Source: the human T2T-CHM13v2.0 reference genome, Homo sapiens. From it: 64,000 nt of DNA. The stretch is taken from NCBI RefSeq assembly GCF_009914755.1, contig NC_060927.1; one strand, given 5' to 3'. Each line of letters opens with the position of its first letter. Position 1 is the stretch's first letter. Shown in pieces: positions 40,267-58,537 of the stretch. The notes under the pieces are model-generated. The model did not search any database. It was given only the letters and a program-made list of their open reading frames with translations, and was not told the DNA's origin. The position numbers and the translations under genes are program-made.

Positions 40267-40296
<30 letters not shown>
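40267..40296. repeat. (GT)n microsatellite
   Basis: About 15 GT units. Confidence 0.95.
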
Positions 40297-40302
<6 letters not shown>

Positions 40303-41061
40303 TGTATTTTAAAAAATTTCTCTGCATTGCATCTTATTGCTGTCTCTCTTTTGTTTTTAAGCTTTTTATCTCGACCTACAATCATCCTCAAGTTCCAGCC
40401 CCACCAAACCCACTCTTCTGTTTTCTCCTCAAGACACTGCTCTGTCAAGCATTTCCTTTACTGTCAAATGTTTGGAAAGAGTGGTTTCCACTTGCTGGCC
40501 CAACTCCTTCCCCACATTTACAAGCTAACCCTCTACCTTCTGGTTGCTACACTCCTCTATCCAAATACATTGTTTCTCAAAGGTCACCAACAATAACCTA
40601 CAAACTGACAGACGCAGAAATCTCTTCTCAGTCCACATCCCACTGGGTGCTCTGTCATGTTTGATGTGACTGACAAGTAAGCAGTACAGTCAAAAGACCT
40701 GGTCCAAATCACAGGTCTGTCTGAGGAACAAGTCACTCAACCTCTCTGAGCCTTGGTTTACTCATCTATGAAATGCCTGGTTCATTTCTCAAGAGCATCG
40801 TGATTTAAACTTACTGGAACCTCCTATGCACATGGTAATCTGCAGGGCCTTTTACCTGAGAGGTATTTGGTAAATATTTGTTAAATGAGCAAACAATTGA
40901 ATGAATGAATATTGGTTTTACAGTTCCTCAATTACCAAAATAAATCATCATGATAAATCTTTATCAAAACACTTAAATATAAATGTGAGTACTAACTTAT
41001 GAGACCCCTGGACATCTCCTCACAGATCATGTATTTCAATTTTTAAAAAATCTGTGAAACC

Positions 41062-41537
41062 GGCCAGGTGCAGTGGCTCATGCCTGTGATCCCAGCACTT
41101 AGGAAGGCTGAGGCAGGTGGATCACCTGAGGTCAGGAGTTCAAAACCAGGCTGGCCAACATGGCAAAACACCGTCTCTATTAAAAATACAAAAATTTGCC
41201 AGGCGTACTGGCATGCACCTGTAATCCCAGCTACTTGGGAGGCTGAGGCAGGAGAATTGCTTGAACCCAGAAGGCAGAGGTTGCGTGAGCCGAGATTGTC
41301 CCACTGCACTCCAGCCTGGGCAACAGAGCAAGACTCCATCTCAAAAAAAAAAAAACCTATGAAACCAAATTAGCCCAGTGTAGTAGCGGGTGCCTGTAGT
41401 CCCAGCTAGTAGGGGGCTGAGGCACAAGAATCTCTTGAACCCGGGAGGTGGAGTTGCAGTGAGCCGAGATTGCGCCACTGTAGTCCAGCCTGGGCGACAG
41501 AGTAAGGCTCTATCTCAAAAAAAAAAAAAAGAAAAAT
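41062..41537 (+). mobile_element. Alu dimer plus additional right monomer
   Basis: 41062-41355 and 41365-41537. Confidence 0.88.
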
Positions 41538-41829
41538 TATATGAAGCCTTCTCTTCACAGGATACCTTATGTCACAGCTCAGTGTGTAGAACAAGTGAGT
41601 CAGGGCTGCTACAGCTAGGCTGGAGTGGGGTGGGAGGCACCCATGGGGGGCGCATTAGTAACCACACAGGAGCCGCTCTGTGGAGATTGAGGCCTTTTCC
41701 TAGCTGTGTTAGCTCTGAACAAAGCTCTCGGTTCTTAGTGCTCTCACTAAGTTCCTTTCCGACTGAAATCTGTCAAGGTTTGTCAACCAAAACTCTCGAC
41801 ACTCATAAAACATTATTACACATTGGTAA

Positions 41830-42600
41830 CATGGGTGGTACTGTACCAGGAACCAACATAACAAGTTCCTGTTTTCAAAGAGCTGCCTGTTTAATGAAAG
41901 AGACAGCAAGAAAGCCACCGTTACCGTATAGATGAGAAGTGGAGGCACGCAGGGGTGTGTGGTTCCACACTTCAGTGACAATAAGTACCTCAAGTCTGGT
42001 GATTCCAGGTCGGGGAGGAGGGTCTTGGGAAGTTTCCAAGAGAAACTGGTGCCTGGATTGCACCTTAAAGGAAGAGTGGGAGTCATCCAGGTGGGTGGAC
42101 ATGAGGGAGGGATAAGTCGGGGGGTTGCAGGGGAGGATGGTGACACGAGGGAACATCTTTCTAGCCACAAAGAACCACTTGCTGGGGATGGGAGAAGAAT
42201 GTGGCCAGTCCAGGGAATTATAAGTAAATCAGAGGGCCACACGTAGAGGATGAGGGCGGCGCTGTGGTGGGAGGTGGGAGAAGGCAAAGGTCATGAAGAG
42301 ATATCCAATATCCAACTGATCACTAATACCTTGAGGGCCATGCTTGGGAATATAGGTGAGAGAAACTCAGTGAAGGATTTTAAGCAGGCGAGAGACACCA
42401 CCATATCTGTGGTTTAGAAAGAGCATTATGGCAGTGTAGAGGACAGATTGGCAAGAGAGCAAGACTGGAAGCAGAGAAACCAGTTAGGAAGCTATTGCTG
42501 TGGTCCAGGCAAGAGACAATGAGAGCTAGGCAGCAGCAATGGAGAGGAAGAACCAGGTGGGAGAGCTATTTAAGGACAGAATTAACATGACTCCAGGAGC
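41830..42600. mobile_element. L2 LINE fragments
   Basis: gaaggattttaagcagg...gaaaccagttaggaagctattgctgtggtccaggcaagag. Confidence 0.65.
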
Positions 42601-42938
42601 CATAGAATTTTGGGAGAAATAGAAATGAAGAACCAAGCAGCTTGGGTGGTCAGTGTTGCACAGCAGGGATGACCCCGGCTTGGTTTTGCACTGTTAATTT
42701 AATCACAATTACATTTATTCATTATCTTCTTTCCTGATGCTCTAAATCACACTCTAGAACAAAAATGAACAATTTTCTGATAGAGATGGTTTTCTTTTAA
42801 AGACAGACTTTAATTTCCTATTTATAAAAACATACTTAAAATACATTTAATCTACTTGCTGCTAAAACTGTATTATTTTTGGCATTTGATGGCAAACAAT
42901 CTGATGGAAGGGAGGGTAGGTATAAATGATATAAAATT

Positions 42939-43937
<999 letters not shown>

Positions 43938-44399
43938 TGATAATTACTAAAAGTAGGTGACTATGGGGATTCTTTATTCTATTTTTGCATATGCTTAAAA
44001 TGTTTTTAAAATGCTTTTAATCTAATAGATAATATATTGATGACATTGCACATAACACATAACTTTAGAGAGAGATTTGACAATATTTATTTTCATAACC
44101 CTTGAATTTGCAATCCCTGTTCTGGAAATTTATACTTTAAAAATAGCTGAAATATGGTGAAACAGGGAATGGGAAAGAAAGAAAGCCAAAGATACTCACC
44201 GAAGGACAAACAAGGAACTCACTGAGTAATTAAGACATATGAATGTGATGGAATATTATGCAACCATGAAAATTATGCATATGAGCATCATGTAGCAATG
44301 TGGGAATTGAGCAATATAATAATATGTTCTAGAAGTAGGATCACAGCTCCACATAAACTCAGGAGGAATCTGTAAGCTATTACAACTGTGGAAAAGATG

Positions 44400-44860
44400 C
44401 CAATCTGGCCCCAGCGACCTCTCTGACTTGTCTTCCACTACCCCTTCCTCTCCATGTCTCCCATCCTGCTTTAGCATCCCTGACTTCCTGACTCTCTCTC
44501 AAGCACTCTAGGCTCAGTCGTATCTAAAGCCTTTGCATGTACAGTCCCTTTGCCTGGAAAGCTATTTGCACAAATACCTAAGTGGCTCGCTTTATTCATT
44601 CATTCAGCAAAGCTGATTTTATTCAGATTGCTGCTCAAATGCCTCCAAATCGAAGACTTCTTTCCTCCACCCCCATCTAAATAGCACCCCATCCCATCAT
44701 TCTTTGTCTCCTTAGCCTGCATTATTTTTCTTCATATCACTTATCACCACCTGAAGTTATATCTGCATTTGGTCCTTTTCATGGCTGTATTTCTAACACT
44801 TAGAGCAGGGGTTACTACATAGCAAGCACTCAATAAAGATTTATTGACTGCTGACTGACA
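44400..44860. mobile_element. L2 3' fragment
   Basis: gcctttgcatgtacagtccctttgcctggaa...gcactcaataaagatttattgact. Confidence 0.7.
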
Positions 44861-45147
44861 GAACATAAATGCATGCATATGAAAAGAAAAGACTGAAAAG
44901 AATCTTAAAGAAATGATCGTTTGTGTTATAATGAAAGGAAATTCAGTATTTTCCCTACATTTTTCTGTAGTGTTATATTGCTTTTAACAATTTAAAAGTA
45001 AAATTATGAATCATTTAAAGCATGTAAGTAACATAATAAATGATTAGCACAGAGACTCATAGTTGAGTCTTTAGTCTCAAAAGTCTTAAAGTCTTTAGTT
45101 TAACCCATAAGATCACTTTAGAAGAAAACTCTAAAAAATAAAGAAAC

Positions 45148-46400
<1,253 letters not shown>

Positions 46401-47157
46401 TCAACACATCTTAAATTACAGCTGTCAATTAGTTACCTGAAGACTTAATATGCCTTTAAAAGGGACTGGCCATTTGCAAAGCTGTCCCCAGAGGAGTTTG
46501 CCTTCAGCGACCTCTGCCTTCTGGTGACCCCCACCTCCTTCCTTTGCACATAAGCTCCTTTTTCTCTTTGCATATTCATATTTTCTCTACCCCCAACCCT
46601 GCACCACCACCCCACTGAAACATGTTGGCAGTAAAGAATTCATTCATTCCATAAATAGTTTTAAAGAATCTACTGTGGGCCAGTTAATGTTCTAAATGCA
46701 AAAGATTCAATGACGAACAAGAGACAGTTCTTGTCTTTGATGGGATCTTAACCTGGTGGGAAGATGGACCTGTATGCCATTGATTGAGTGGGACAAGAGC
46801 CAAGAGATGGGAGGTGGTCAGGGAACCCACAGTAAACTAAGCATGCCTTGGAGAACAGACTTGGAACAGTGAGTGACATTGCCTGGGTTTTGAAGGACTG
46901 CGAGTTAGCTTTTTAAGAGAGGGAAGAGTATCCCAGGCAGAAGAAAGGGTAAGCTCAAGAGCTCCCAGGCAGGAACGGCTGGAAGAGCCTAGCATTGGAG
47001 GTGGGGATGTGGGTCAGGGGGTGTGGAGGTTAGGGGTGAGGTCTGGTATGAATTGAAGCTAAAAAGGATTCGTAAAGGTCAATCTATTATCTCTCCTGAA
47101 ATTTGCTTATATTTTATGGGAGGGCTAAGGACTTAAACTAAAGGGATACACAGAAGT

Positions 47158-47298
47158 GTTTTGTTTTGTTTTGTTTTGACATAGAGATGGATTTTCACCA
47201 TGTTGGCCAGGCTCGTCTTGAATTTCTGGCCTCAAGTGATCCGCCCACCTCGACCTCCCAAAGTGCTGGGCTTAAAGGTGTGAACCATCATGCCCAGC
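47158..47298 (-). mobile_element. Alu left-arm fragment
   Basis: ttcaccatgttggccaggct...ctcccaaagtgctggg. Confidence 0.8.
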
Positions 47299-48743
47299 AG
47301 AAGTATTCTTGAAATTACAGTTTTCATAGTCTCCTCTCTAATAAAATAGCTCTTTCTGTAACATTATGTTCCAGAATGGTCCAAGAAACATTTTACACAG
47401 GGAATCCTAAAAATGGACCTTGCAGAGCCCACCTCCACTCGTGAGGGCTGGAATGTTCCATGCACTTGGAGCACTGCTTTGGAAGTCACAATTGGACATT
47501 CCATTTTTCTTTTAAAATCTTCCTTTCATATTAGAGCAGGGCCCAGCCCTGGTTTACCCAGCAACAGACAGCAGTGGAACTAAACAATTACTCCATGCAC
47601 AGCAGCACAGCTGACTAGAGTCTCAGGGGGTTAGGTGGAAAAGAAGAAGGAAAGGGGCGCTAACTCATAAATCTAAACATGACCTGCAGCCCTGGCTGCC
47701 TCACCCTGATTCCACCATCACCCCAGGCCTTTCTCAATTTGCTACTCTTCTGGCCCCCCACCCAGGACACCTCCATGGTCATTTTCAGCCAATTTCACCA
47801 TTTGGAGATTTAGACAGGGCTATTCTCTGGGGAGCTAGCTCAGTAAATGGTTTCACTTTTTTATCCTCCCCCCAAATGCACTGACTCCAACTCCCCAAGT
47901 CCTAAGAAAACAGTGCTGGAGGGTGCTCCAGGATGTGGTAATTTACCCAGGTGAAACCACACCCAGCTTCTGAGGCCCAGCCAGTTCTCTGTGAAGATCA
48001 GTACACTAAGGAACAGGGGAGCCAGGAAGCCAAGAAACACAAGAACCAAGGAACAGAAGAGGATGTGAAGGAGAGGAAAGGAACAGGAGAATAGAAAGCA
48101 ACCAGGAGGCTAATAAGGCAACAAGAAAGGACCATGCCAGAGGAAGGAAGGCTTTTGAATGAAAAGGGGGAAGCATTTGCACATTTCTTCATGTATAGTA
48201 GTTAAGTGCTAGGTTACCATACTCATATTTAAAAATAATAATAATTTTTTCTTGAAAATATGTCTGGGAAATTCCTCTTTATATAAAAACTTTAATAAGC
48301 CCTCAGGCTTCCCAAACCAAGTCCATCTTTAAAATCTTAGCTTCAGTAAACCTTCCGCTTCCTCCTTATCCCTGAACTGGACTTTATAAAGGAAATCCCT
48401 AGAAAAGGAATTTGGGAAAATTTGCAGATCACAGCACAACCACCACAATACAGCAGCTAAAAACTGGGGGTTTGTCCCTTCTACCAGGGTCAAAAGCATT
48501 CACTTAAGAGCCCTTAGGAATAAGAAATGGCTGATATTTCAATTCAACTCATCAATATTAATTGAGCAGATACTTTCCATATTTACTATATTCTTAATAG
48601 TTAAGGTTTTGCCATGAAGCCTCAAGAGTAATAATACATATTTGACACGTCATTTCTCTTGCATGTAAGCTCTTTTTATTTATTACTTTTGCAAAAGTAA
48701 GGAATACCTTTCCTTTCTTGTCAATCCTTAGGTTTGGGTTTAA

Positions 48744-49096
<353 letters not shown>

Positions 49097-49187
49097 AGTC
49101 TTTCATTTTTTGATGTAATGTTTCAGAGTGAATCATATTTTCAATGTTGTTTGTCAAAGGGAGATGCATTTTTCTTTCTCCACAGTC

Positions 49188-49565
49188 TTATTTCATTAAA
49201 AAAAGAAAGGAAATTCTGTTGCCTGTTACAACATGAATGAATCTTGAGGACATTAGGCCAAGTGAAATAAGCCAGTCACAATAAGATAAATACTGTATGA
49301 CACCTCTTCTATGCAGTATCTAAAGTAGCCAAATTCATGGAAACAGTAAAAATTGTGTTTGCCAGGGGCTAGGGGGAGGGGAAGTAGGGAGTCGTCTGAT
49401 GGGTATAAAGTTCCAGTTTTGCAAGATGAAAAAGTTCGTCTTTGTACAACTTTGTGAATCTGTTGTACAACAATGTGAATATATTTAACACTACTGAACT
49501 GTATACTTAAAAATGGTCAAGATGGTTAATTTTGTGTTCTGTAGTTTTTACCACAATTAAAACAT
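49188..49565 (+). mobile_element. L1MB-like 3' end
   Basis: gaatcttgaggacatt..aagtgaaataagccagtcaca...ctactgaactgtatacttaaaaatgg. Confidence 0.8.
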
Positions 49566-49594
49566 TTTTAAGTGTATTTTTAAAAAGTGATTCA

Positions 49595-50012
<418 letters not shown>

Positions 50013-51261
50013 CTACTAAATAGATTTTTAATAAGCATAAAATAAAAATCCTAGGTAATCGGAAAAAAAAAAGCTTCAGTCACTCAGTTCTAAGGCATTG
50101 TGGTGGCACGCAGTATCTTGAGTTCTATGTCTGATGAGCTTAGTTCAGCCTTATTCAGAACTCTTGTCTTAAAGAGGCATTATTGTAGATATATTTGTAG
50201 TACTTTAGTTCACTGTACTATTTTTAGTTAATTTAAGCAGAAAAGGAATTTATTAAAAGAATGATATGGAAGTTCTACTAAAACGATGGCAGAGGTAAAT
50301 ATGTGTTTACCTCCACTTCTCTTGAAACCCTATTTAATCAACAGATTTTTAAAAAAATCATAAATCTGTAAGGATAAGGAGAACTGGATAGATGTTAACA
50401 CAACTTTGAAAACTAGAGAGCAAGAGGATGAGTTTAACTGACTTTAAAGTTAAGTGTCTGCATGGATTGGGAGAACAAATTTTTCAAACGTCAGAATCCC
50501 GAAAGTCTCAGTAATTGACAGCACAAGGTAACTCTGAAGGAAAGAGATGTGTGGGTAGAGCTGCACACAAGATGATTCGCGAAACATTTGTAAGAGGTTA
50601 AATTGTTAAATTCTATTTCTCACTTCGGGCAGCCAGGAGGCTACCCCTTCCCCATCTTGGCAGAAGAATGTTTATTTTCACGACACGTCGAAACATAGAA
50701 GATCCAGACTCAGACACTGGTCAAGTTTTGAATACCTTATCTGAAAGGAGCTTAAGTAAAGTCTATAACTGAGCTATGAAACCCGTCCCTATTCCCTCTT
50801 CTGTTCCTCCAAGAACACCCTGACAACCAAATGTAACTACCCACTTCGCCACATAACAGAGGTGGAGTGGATGACAACTATCTGAAGAAACTGGCCAGCC
50901 TAAGAGAAAAAACCTAGATATTGACTGTTGAAAGTCCTTCAGCTAAATGAATCTGTCCCTGCCCAAGCACGTTACAAAGAAACCCACTGACTGACAGGCC
51001 CTACTTTTGTACACAGACATTCCAGTATAATGCATAATCTACATATGCGTGGAGCACCAAGGATGTCAAGATATTTGAGGAAAGATTCTGACATAACACC
51101 AAGGTGCAGAAACAGTAAGAAAAATGAAACTTGGAAAATAAAGACAATGTGGGGAGAAGAAGGGACTTTTACAAATCACTATTATACTTAGAGTGTTAAG
51201 AGATGAGACGATGTATGGTTCATAAGTCAAGAGAAAATCCAGAGAACAGAAGAACTTCTAG

Positions 51262-51672
<411 letters not shown>

Positions 51673-51674
51673 TA

Positions 51675-52083
51675 ACCCCTCTGAGGCCCATGAAAGCCCT
51701 GGGCTCAGCCAGAGTTGAGCAGATGAGGGAACAACCAGCTGCAGAGAGGAGCCACCTTCTCTGCTGAGAACTTCAGAGATCTGCAGAGACCACCAAATGA
51801 CCAAATGACCTGCCTGCAGGGAGGAACTACCCTCTCCAAGGGCCTCCTCTCTGCTGAGCACTGAACACTGAGGGTATGACCTGCCTGCCTACAGAGGGGA
51901 GCTACCCACTGTGGGTCTCCTCTGAGCTGTTCTAACACTAAATAAAGCTCCTCTTCATCTTCTTCACCATCCACTTGTCTGTGTACCTCATTCTTCCTGG
52001 ACACAGGACAAGAACTCAGGCAAAGGTGCTACCAGCCACAGGGTTTTCAGGAAGAAAATAGACACCCCAAAGATCCAGTAACA
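51675..52083 (+). mobile_element. MER52-family (ERV1) LTR, 3' portion
   Basis: Homologous to 56657-57047; gagctacccactgtgggtctcc, aataaa, ends gatccagtaaca. Confidence 0.7.
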
Positions 52084-52084
52084 A

Positions 52085-52440
52085 TATTATTCAGGCACAA
52101 AAATATAGTGAAGTATTGATACATAACTGAATATGAATAAATCTTGAAAATATGCTAAGTGAAAGAAGTCAAACATAAAAGGCCACATATATTATTCCGT
52201 TTATATTAAATAGCCAGAATAAAACAAAGTAGATTAATAGTTGTACATTGGGTGAGGAGATAGGGATATTATAACTAAAGGATATAGAGTTTCATTTCCA
52301 CATTTCTACAGAAATGTGGAATTGTCCTAAAATTGATTGTGGTGATGATTGCACAACTGTGAATATATTTAAAGTCATTGAATTGTACACATTAAATGAG
52401 TGAACTTACACATTTTTGGTATATTTTGTGGTTAAGCTGT
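52085..52440 (+). mobile_element. L1MB-like 3' fragment
   Basis: tatgctaagtgaaagaagtc..aaaaggccacatat...ctaaaattgattgtggtgatgattgcacaact. Confidence 0.7.
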
Positions 52441-53439
52441 GAACAACTTTTACATTGCCATAATAGTATAAACACTATATGTTAAAACTCAGGAATAACC
52501 ATATTGGAATGCCGAGGAAAGGGGAAATTTGCAAACATGTAACAGAAATAAATCCTCATTTGTCCTACAAAGAGGACAATAGGTAATACCTGAAAATGAA
52601 ATAACAGTATAAGCATGTTATTTGGAAATGCAGAGGTACACAGCACACAAAAGGTAAAAGGGATGCATTTCCTGAACAAAACTCTTACTTATTATATTTA
52701 GAGTTTTCTGAATCTGACAGAAACAATTTAAATTAATTTTTTTTCTTATTAAGTCTTTTGGGAAAGAGAGATGAGAAATCACAGTGACAATCTCAAAGAA
52801 CTAAAAGCTGTTCTGGCTTTTTACAACCTTCTGGAGAAAAATGAAAATATAGAAAATATATACTAGTGATGTCATTTACAACTTAAGTAAAGGATAACAG
52901 GCATTTTGTGAACTAACAATTTCCTCAAAAAAAAAAATCCTAAATTCAAGCAAATTATTTCAAGTCTAGAAATTATAAATTACATTGAAGTTGCTTAAAT
53001 ACATTAAAAGCATTTAGGCAAGCTGAAAGTTTTCTCTTAATATGAACTAGAGCAAGCAAACAGTTACCTAGCACTCCCAGAAAGTCACTTCAACTCAGGC
53101 CTTTCATAGCACATCATCTTTATGGATGTTTTGTCTTAGTTATTTCTTTTTAATCAAAGCTGGGCAAAAGGAGACAAATAATTTTAATCTCTATTTTCTC
53201 CTTGTTACCGCTGAGTGCAGACACCACGTTCTGCACCATTGACCCCATTGATGCGGCAGGCTAGGCTCTCTGCTAGAACCTTGGCCCCTACTGCCTTCGA
53301 AGCCTAATATAATTGCCACAGCCAAGGCCATGTCTTCAGAATGGATTCTGCATGATTCATGCTTCCTGGTGCCATAAGTGCAGCTTCTAAGCCTCCCCAG
53401 AGATTCTTTGAAATACCTGTGGAATTAAAAACAAAATAC

Positions 53440-53757
<318 letters not shown>

Positions 53758-54588
53758 TTAAAATGCATTTTGAATTTAAGCTGCCTGGTTACATTATGAC
53801 CTGGGGAAAGCCTGAGGTCAGAACTGACATGACCTGAGAAAGACAAAGGGAAGGGAAGGCCACTGTTGGGTGAAGTGCTGTGCTCTCAGCATTTCTCCCC
53901 TGCTGCTCTATGGCATCCTCCACCCAGCTGTTGATGGTAGGTGCCCTCGCTCCACTATCTGTGCTGTGCTCTTTTTCCTCCCTGATCTTCTCCCAGGCTC
54001 TCCCTGGAGAAGCCCAGGCTCAGGAGGGCCATCCAGCCTCCAAAACCCGAGTCCTACCACCCCCAAGCCAGCTCACCTCCCACATCCCCATAGACTTTGA
54101 CTATGTAACTGGCTGTGTGGAGCTTTCTCACCTCTGAAATTCTTGTATTGCCTGACCTGTATTTAAAAATACATAGCCATGAATTTAAGTAATAAGTAAT
54201 TTAAGGTATTAACATCTTGCTTCCTCAGCTGGGCAGTTAGTTCCTTAAGGACAACAGCCATGAGTTGTATTTCTTTGCACCTATTAATACCCGGTAACGG
54301 CATTATAGGTCACAGATGTTCATAAATGTGTGACTGATGCTGAGGCAGGCCCATTCTGCAAAGCTCCAAGAGCAACTGTATTTCAAGGCAAATGAGGGAG
54401 AGCAACAGCAAACCATCCATGGTTCACATGTAACAAAGGGACTAAATCTGCTTGTCCTGTGAAGGCAATGAATACTCAAAGAGCCTGCCCGGGTAAGCAG
54501 ATTCTGTTATTGACCTAAAGTTCATTGTCACAGGGGCATTTCTGGTAAAGCCCTGAGCTTAGGGCTGCCAAGATAAGAATGCACATTT

Positions 54589-54976
<388 letters not shown>

Positions 54977-55059
54977 TTATTTTAGGAGGTAAAACTCAAG
55001 TCACCAGTTACAGAACAATCAACCCTTCGTCCTATCCCAACCTTAATGTTTAGGTCAGT

Positions 55060-55310
55060 TTCTTGGGTAGGAGGCTGCGATAAACATTACTATTACACAC
55101 CAGTACCTGCCATTCTACTCCTCTCCCTGGATTACCTTTTTGAATTTAGGTGGCCTTGTGACTTGCTTTGGCCATCAAAATATTCGTGTAATTGAGATGC
55201 GACACTCCCAGGCAGAAGCATTTAACAGCCAGTGCTCAATTTTTCCAGCCGTCTTCCCTTGCTGCAGCAATCATGGGAGCCAATGTCCAGTGAGAGATGC
55301 AGCAAAGTCG
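55060..55310 (+). mobile_element. Old MLT1 (H-J-like) LTR fragment
   Basis: ggccttgtgacttgctttggcca..ccaggcagaagcatttaacagccagtg. Confidence 0.55.
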
Positions 55311-56061
55311 GAGCAGGGAGACGGAGTGCATTCACTCCAAGTATACTTACTGAGCACCAAGTATGTACTTACTGAGCACCAACCATGTACTTAGCACCAA
55401 CCACGTACGAAGCATTGTTAGGCACTGGGAATCTCCTAGTGCGCAAGGCAAGGTCTCTGCCCTCATGGACGTTCCTGTCTGGCAGGGGAGACATCTATTT
55501 TTAACTTATTTTTAACTTAGATATAAGTCATTATTTAATTCTGGCCGTGACTCATGTTATGAAGAAAGTAGAACTTGTCCAGAGAGCATAGAATACAGGC
55601 ATCCTGAGGTCTGAGATTCAATGGGAGGGTTGATTTAAGAACAAATAGGAGGGGCCAGTTAAAGAATATTCCAGGCTGAGGTTCTGTGTCAGGGAGGGGT
55701 ACAGTGAATCTGAAAAATAAAAGGCCAGTGTGGCTGGACAAGAGAAAGTGGGGCAACAGTTCATGAGACTTGTGAAACATGTAGAAGCCAGATTGTGTGG
55801 GGCCTGTGGGCTCTGTTAAAGAGTTCAGTCTCTTATTCCAAAACTGACTCGGGTATTCTTGAAACAAACAATGAATGGTCACTTACCACCCTCCTGTCAT
55901 ATTTTCCTATATCCCAGTAGCCCTTGTGGAGTGGCACAGAGCTCTTCCCAGTTGGGAAAGAGTTAAGCAAGTTGAGAGGTTGAGCACATACCCCTGCCAT
56001 GAGGTCACCAAGGGGTCTATCCTATTCCTCCTGTAGGAACCAGCACCTTCTACCATCCCAG

Positions 56062-57047
56062 TGATGCTGGCTACAGCAGGGAAGCATGGCTGGGACTGCA
56101 CAATCCATGGAGCTGGTGGGAGCCCTGCCCTCCTGAGTGGGGCTACAGCCACCCAAACTGTGGTTGTATATCCGAGCCTCCCTGTGCTCTTGGAGGGGGC
56201 TAGGAGTAGGCAGGGTCTGCCTGCCTGGTTGCCACAGCAACTGCCAGACCTGCAGCTGCAGAGCTGGGCCTCCTGCTCCACAGAGCAGGCAGGAGCCAGG
56301 GACAAGCAGGAACCCCACCCCTTCTGAGTTGGCAGGAACAGCCACCCTCCCAGGCACAGGACCTGGGCATCTTTGCAGCCTGCAGGCTCAGAGGTGTCTG
56401 CTCCCACTGCCTGGTGCCTCTGGTCCCAGAACCTACTCTGATCTCAGAGTGGGGTTGGGGCCATAAATGGCAGTGGGAAGCAGATTGATTCCTGGGCAGA
56501 AGGGGGCAGGTCCCCAGTAAGTCCCCATGTTCAGGCCAGGGAGGGCCTGAAGGCTGGGGGCTTGGGCTGCCAGTCCTGTGGACTAGAGTGGAGACTCGGG
56601 ATGCCTCTTCCAGACCCACCCATGGCTGCCCATGGACCAATCAGCATGCACTTCCTCCCCTCTGAGGTCTGTAAAAGTCCTAGGCTCAGCCAGCAGGGCA
56701 GAGGATGGCCAGAGGGTGAAGAAGGCAGAGAGACAGACGCAACAACCAGCTGCAGAGGAGTTACCCTCTCTGCTGAGAGCTGCAGAGATGTCCTGCCTGC
56801 CAAGAGGAGCCACCCTCTCCAGGGCCTCCTCTCTGCTGAGAGCCGAACATTCGACAGGATGACCTGCTTACAGAGAGGAGCTACCCACTGTGGGTCTCCA
56901 ACACTAAATAAAACTCTTCATCTTCTTCACCCTTCACTTGTCTGCATACCTCATTCTTCCTGGATGCAGGACAAGCAGTCAGGCCAAGATGCCACCAGCC
57001 ACAGAGGTTTCTGGCAAAAAAATCAATACTCCAAATATCCCATAACA
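56062..57047 (+). mobile_element. MER52-family (ERV1) solo LTR with both ends intact
   Basis: TG...CA termini, 4-bp TSD ccag at 56058-56061 and 57048-57051, GC-rich body, AATAAA near 56907. Confidence 0.8.
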
Positions 57048-58220
57048 CCAGGGTATTGGCAGCATTCTTTGGCAGAGACGAGGAATCACTCTGGATAGCT
57101 TAATAAAAGAGAAATACTGCCTGTATTAAATAGCTATGGAATCATGGAGAAATGGATTCTAAGTTGTGTTTCCAGGAAGTACTCCCAAAGCTACCCCACA
57201 TAACTGTGCTACCCAGAAAGCTGTGGCCCTCTCATAGTGAGGACACTGCCTGTTGAAACTAGAAGTAGTGTCACAGTTGCTGGCTCAAAATCACAGACAT
57301 CAGGAAATTGGATGTCACGTGACCTGCCTGTCACCCTATGTACCTCAGTTGCAAATTCAAGGCTTGCACAAATGTGAAGGATCAGGAGAACCTCAATCAC
57401 TTCCTGAACCTAGCTTCAAGGGAGGCTGGGAAAAGTCATTTTAACTTTGTAGTGTCTGCAGTAGGGAAAACCTGCTAGAAGAGGGTTGAAATTCAGTATA
57501 TAATTTATTGTGTTCATCACACCACATATCAGAGGAATCAAGGTTGACAAGTGGGATCCCCACTTTGGAAAGTCTTCTGACTTTCACTTTAGCTCTTCAA
57601 AACCCTATGCTAACCTAGTGACACTCTCCTTATCTTCCTATTGTATTTTTCCCTATCAAAAATAAAACCACTGTGAAGCATGTATTTCTCCACCTCTTTT
57701 GCATTTGGTTAAAGCGTGTGCCTTTCTGACTTTCTATTCCTTGCTTTGGGAATATTAGAAACTCTTAAAAGGGTGAGTTCTTCATCACAGACGAGCTCCG
57801 TTGGAACCCAGCACTGTGTAATATTCATACACATCCTTATACAAATATTATTGGTCTCCCTGAGCTCCTGTATAATGCAGTTGTTCTAGACTGTTGTGGG
57901 AAGGTTTAAAAGGCAGCTAGGTAATGCAATAGGAATGAGCAATGTTGAATCCTGCTTAAAGGCCAGAGGAGGGTAGATAGTTCATACTTCTCTGGGCTCG
58001 TATCCTTTTCTGTGACCACAGTTAAAAGGTACAGTACCCTTAAATCTATTATTTCCTCTGCCTTTCCTCTACCTTGGGCAGCATTTGTGATGAGGATGTA
58101 TTTAGATAGGGCTTTGATTTTCAGGATTTTGTGAGTCCTGATATTTTGGCATTGGGCATATGGGAGGTTACATCCAGGTTAGGAAAATTTTGTGAGCATC
58201 TAAATCCATAGAGATGTGGG

Positions 58221-58537
58221 GTTTTTTTTGGTTTTTTTTGGTTTTTTTGGTTTTTTTGAGACGAAGCCTTGCTCTGTTGCCAGGCTGTAGTGCAGTGGTG
58301 TGATCTCGGCTCACTGCAACCTCCAACTCCCTGGTTAAAGCTATTCTCCTGCCTCAGCCTCCCGAGTAGCTGGGATTGCACCAGCTGCGCCACCACACCC
58401 AGCTAGTTTTTGTATTTTTAGTAGAGACAGGGTTTCACCATGTTGGCCAGGATGCTCTCGATCTCCTGACCTCGTGATCCGCCCGCCTTGGCCTCCGAAA
58501 GTGCAGGGATTACAGGCGTGAGTGACCGCACCCAGCC
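58221..58537 (-). mobile_element. Alu SINE (AluSc-like)
   Basis: Reverse dimer. Confidence 0.9.

Noticed and set aside
41390-42287. 181-aa and 192-aa ORFs
   Set aside because: Span Alu, MIR and L2 sequence; no domain or splice support
47003-47036. G-run cluster as a promoter G-quadruplex
   Set aside because: One loop is 11 nt, it sits in decayed repeat-like sequence about 0.9 kb upstream, and such motifs are common
55907-57098. Cluster of long overlapping ORFs (up to 178 aa) on both strands
   Set aside because: They lie in a GC-rich MER52-family LTR where stops are rare; no recognisable protein motif
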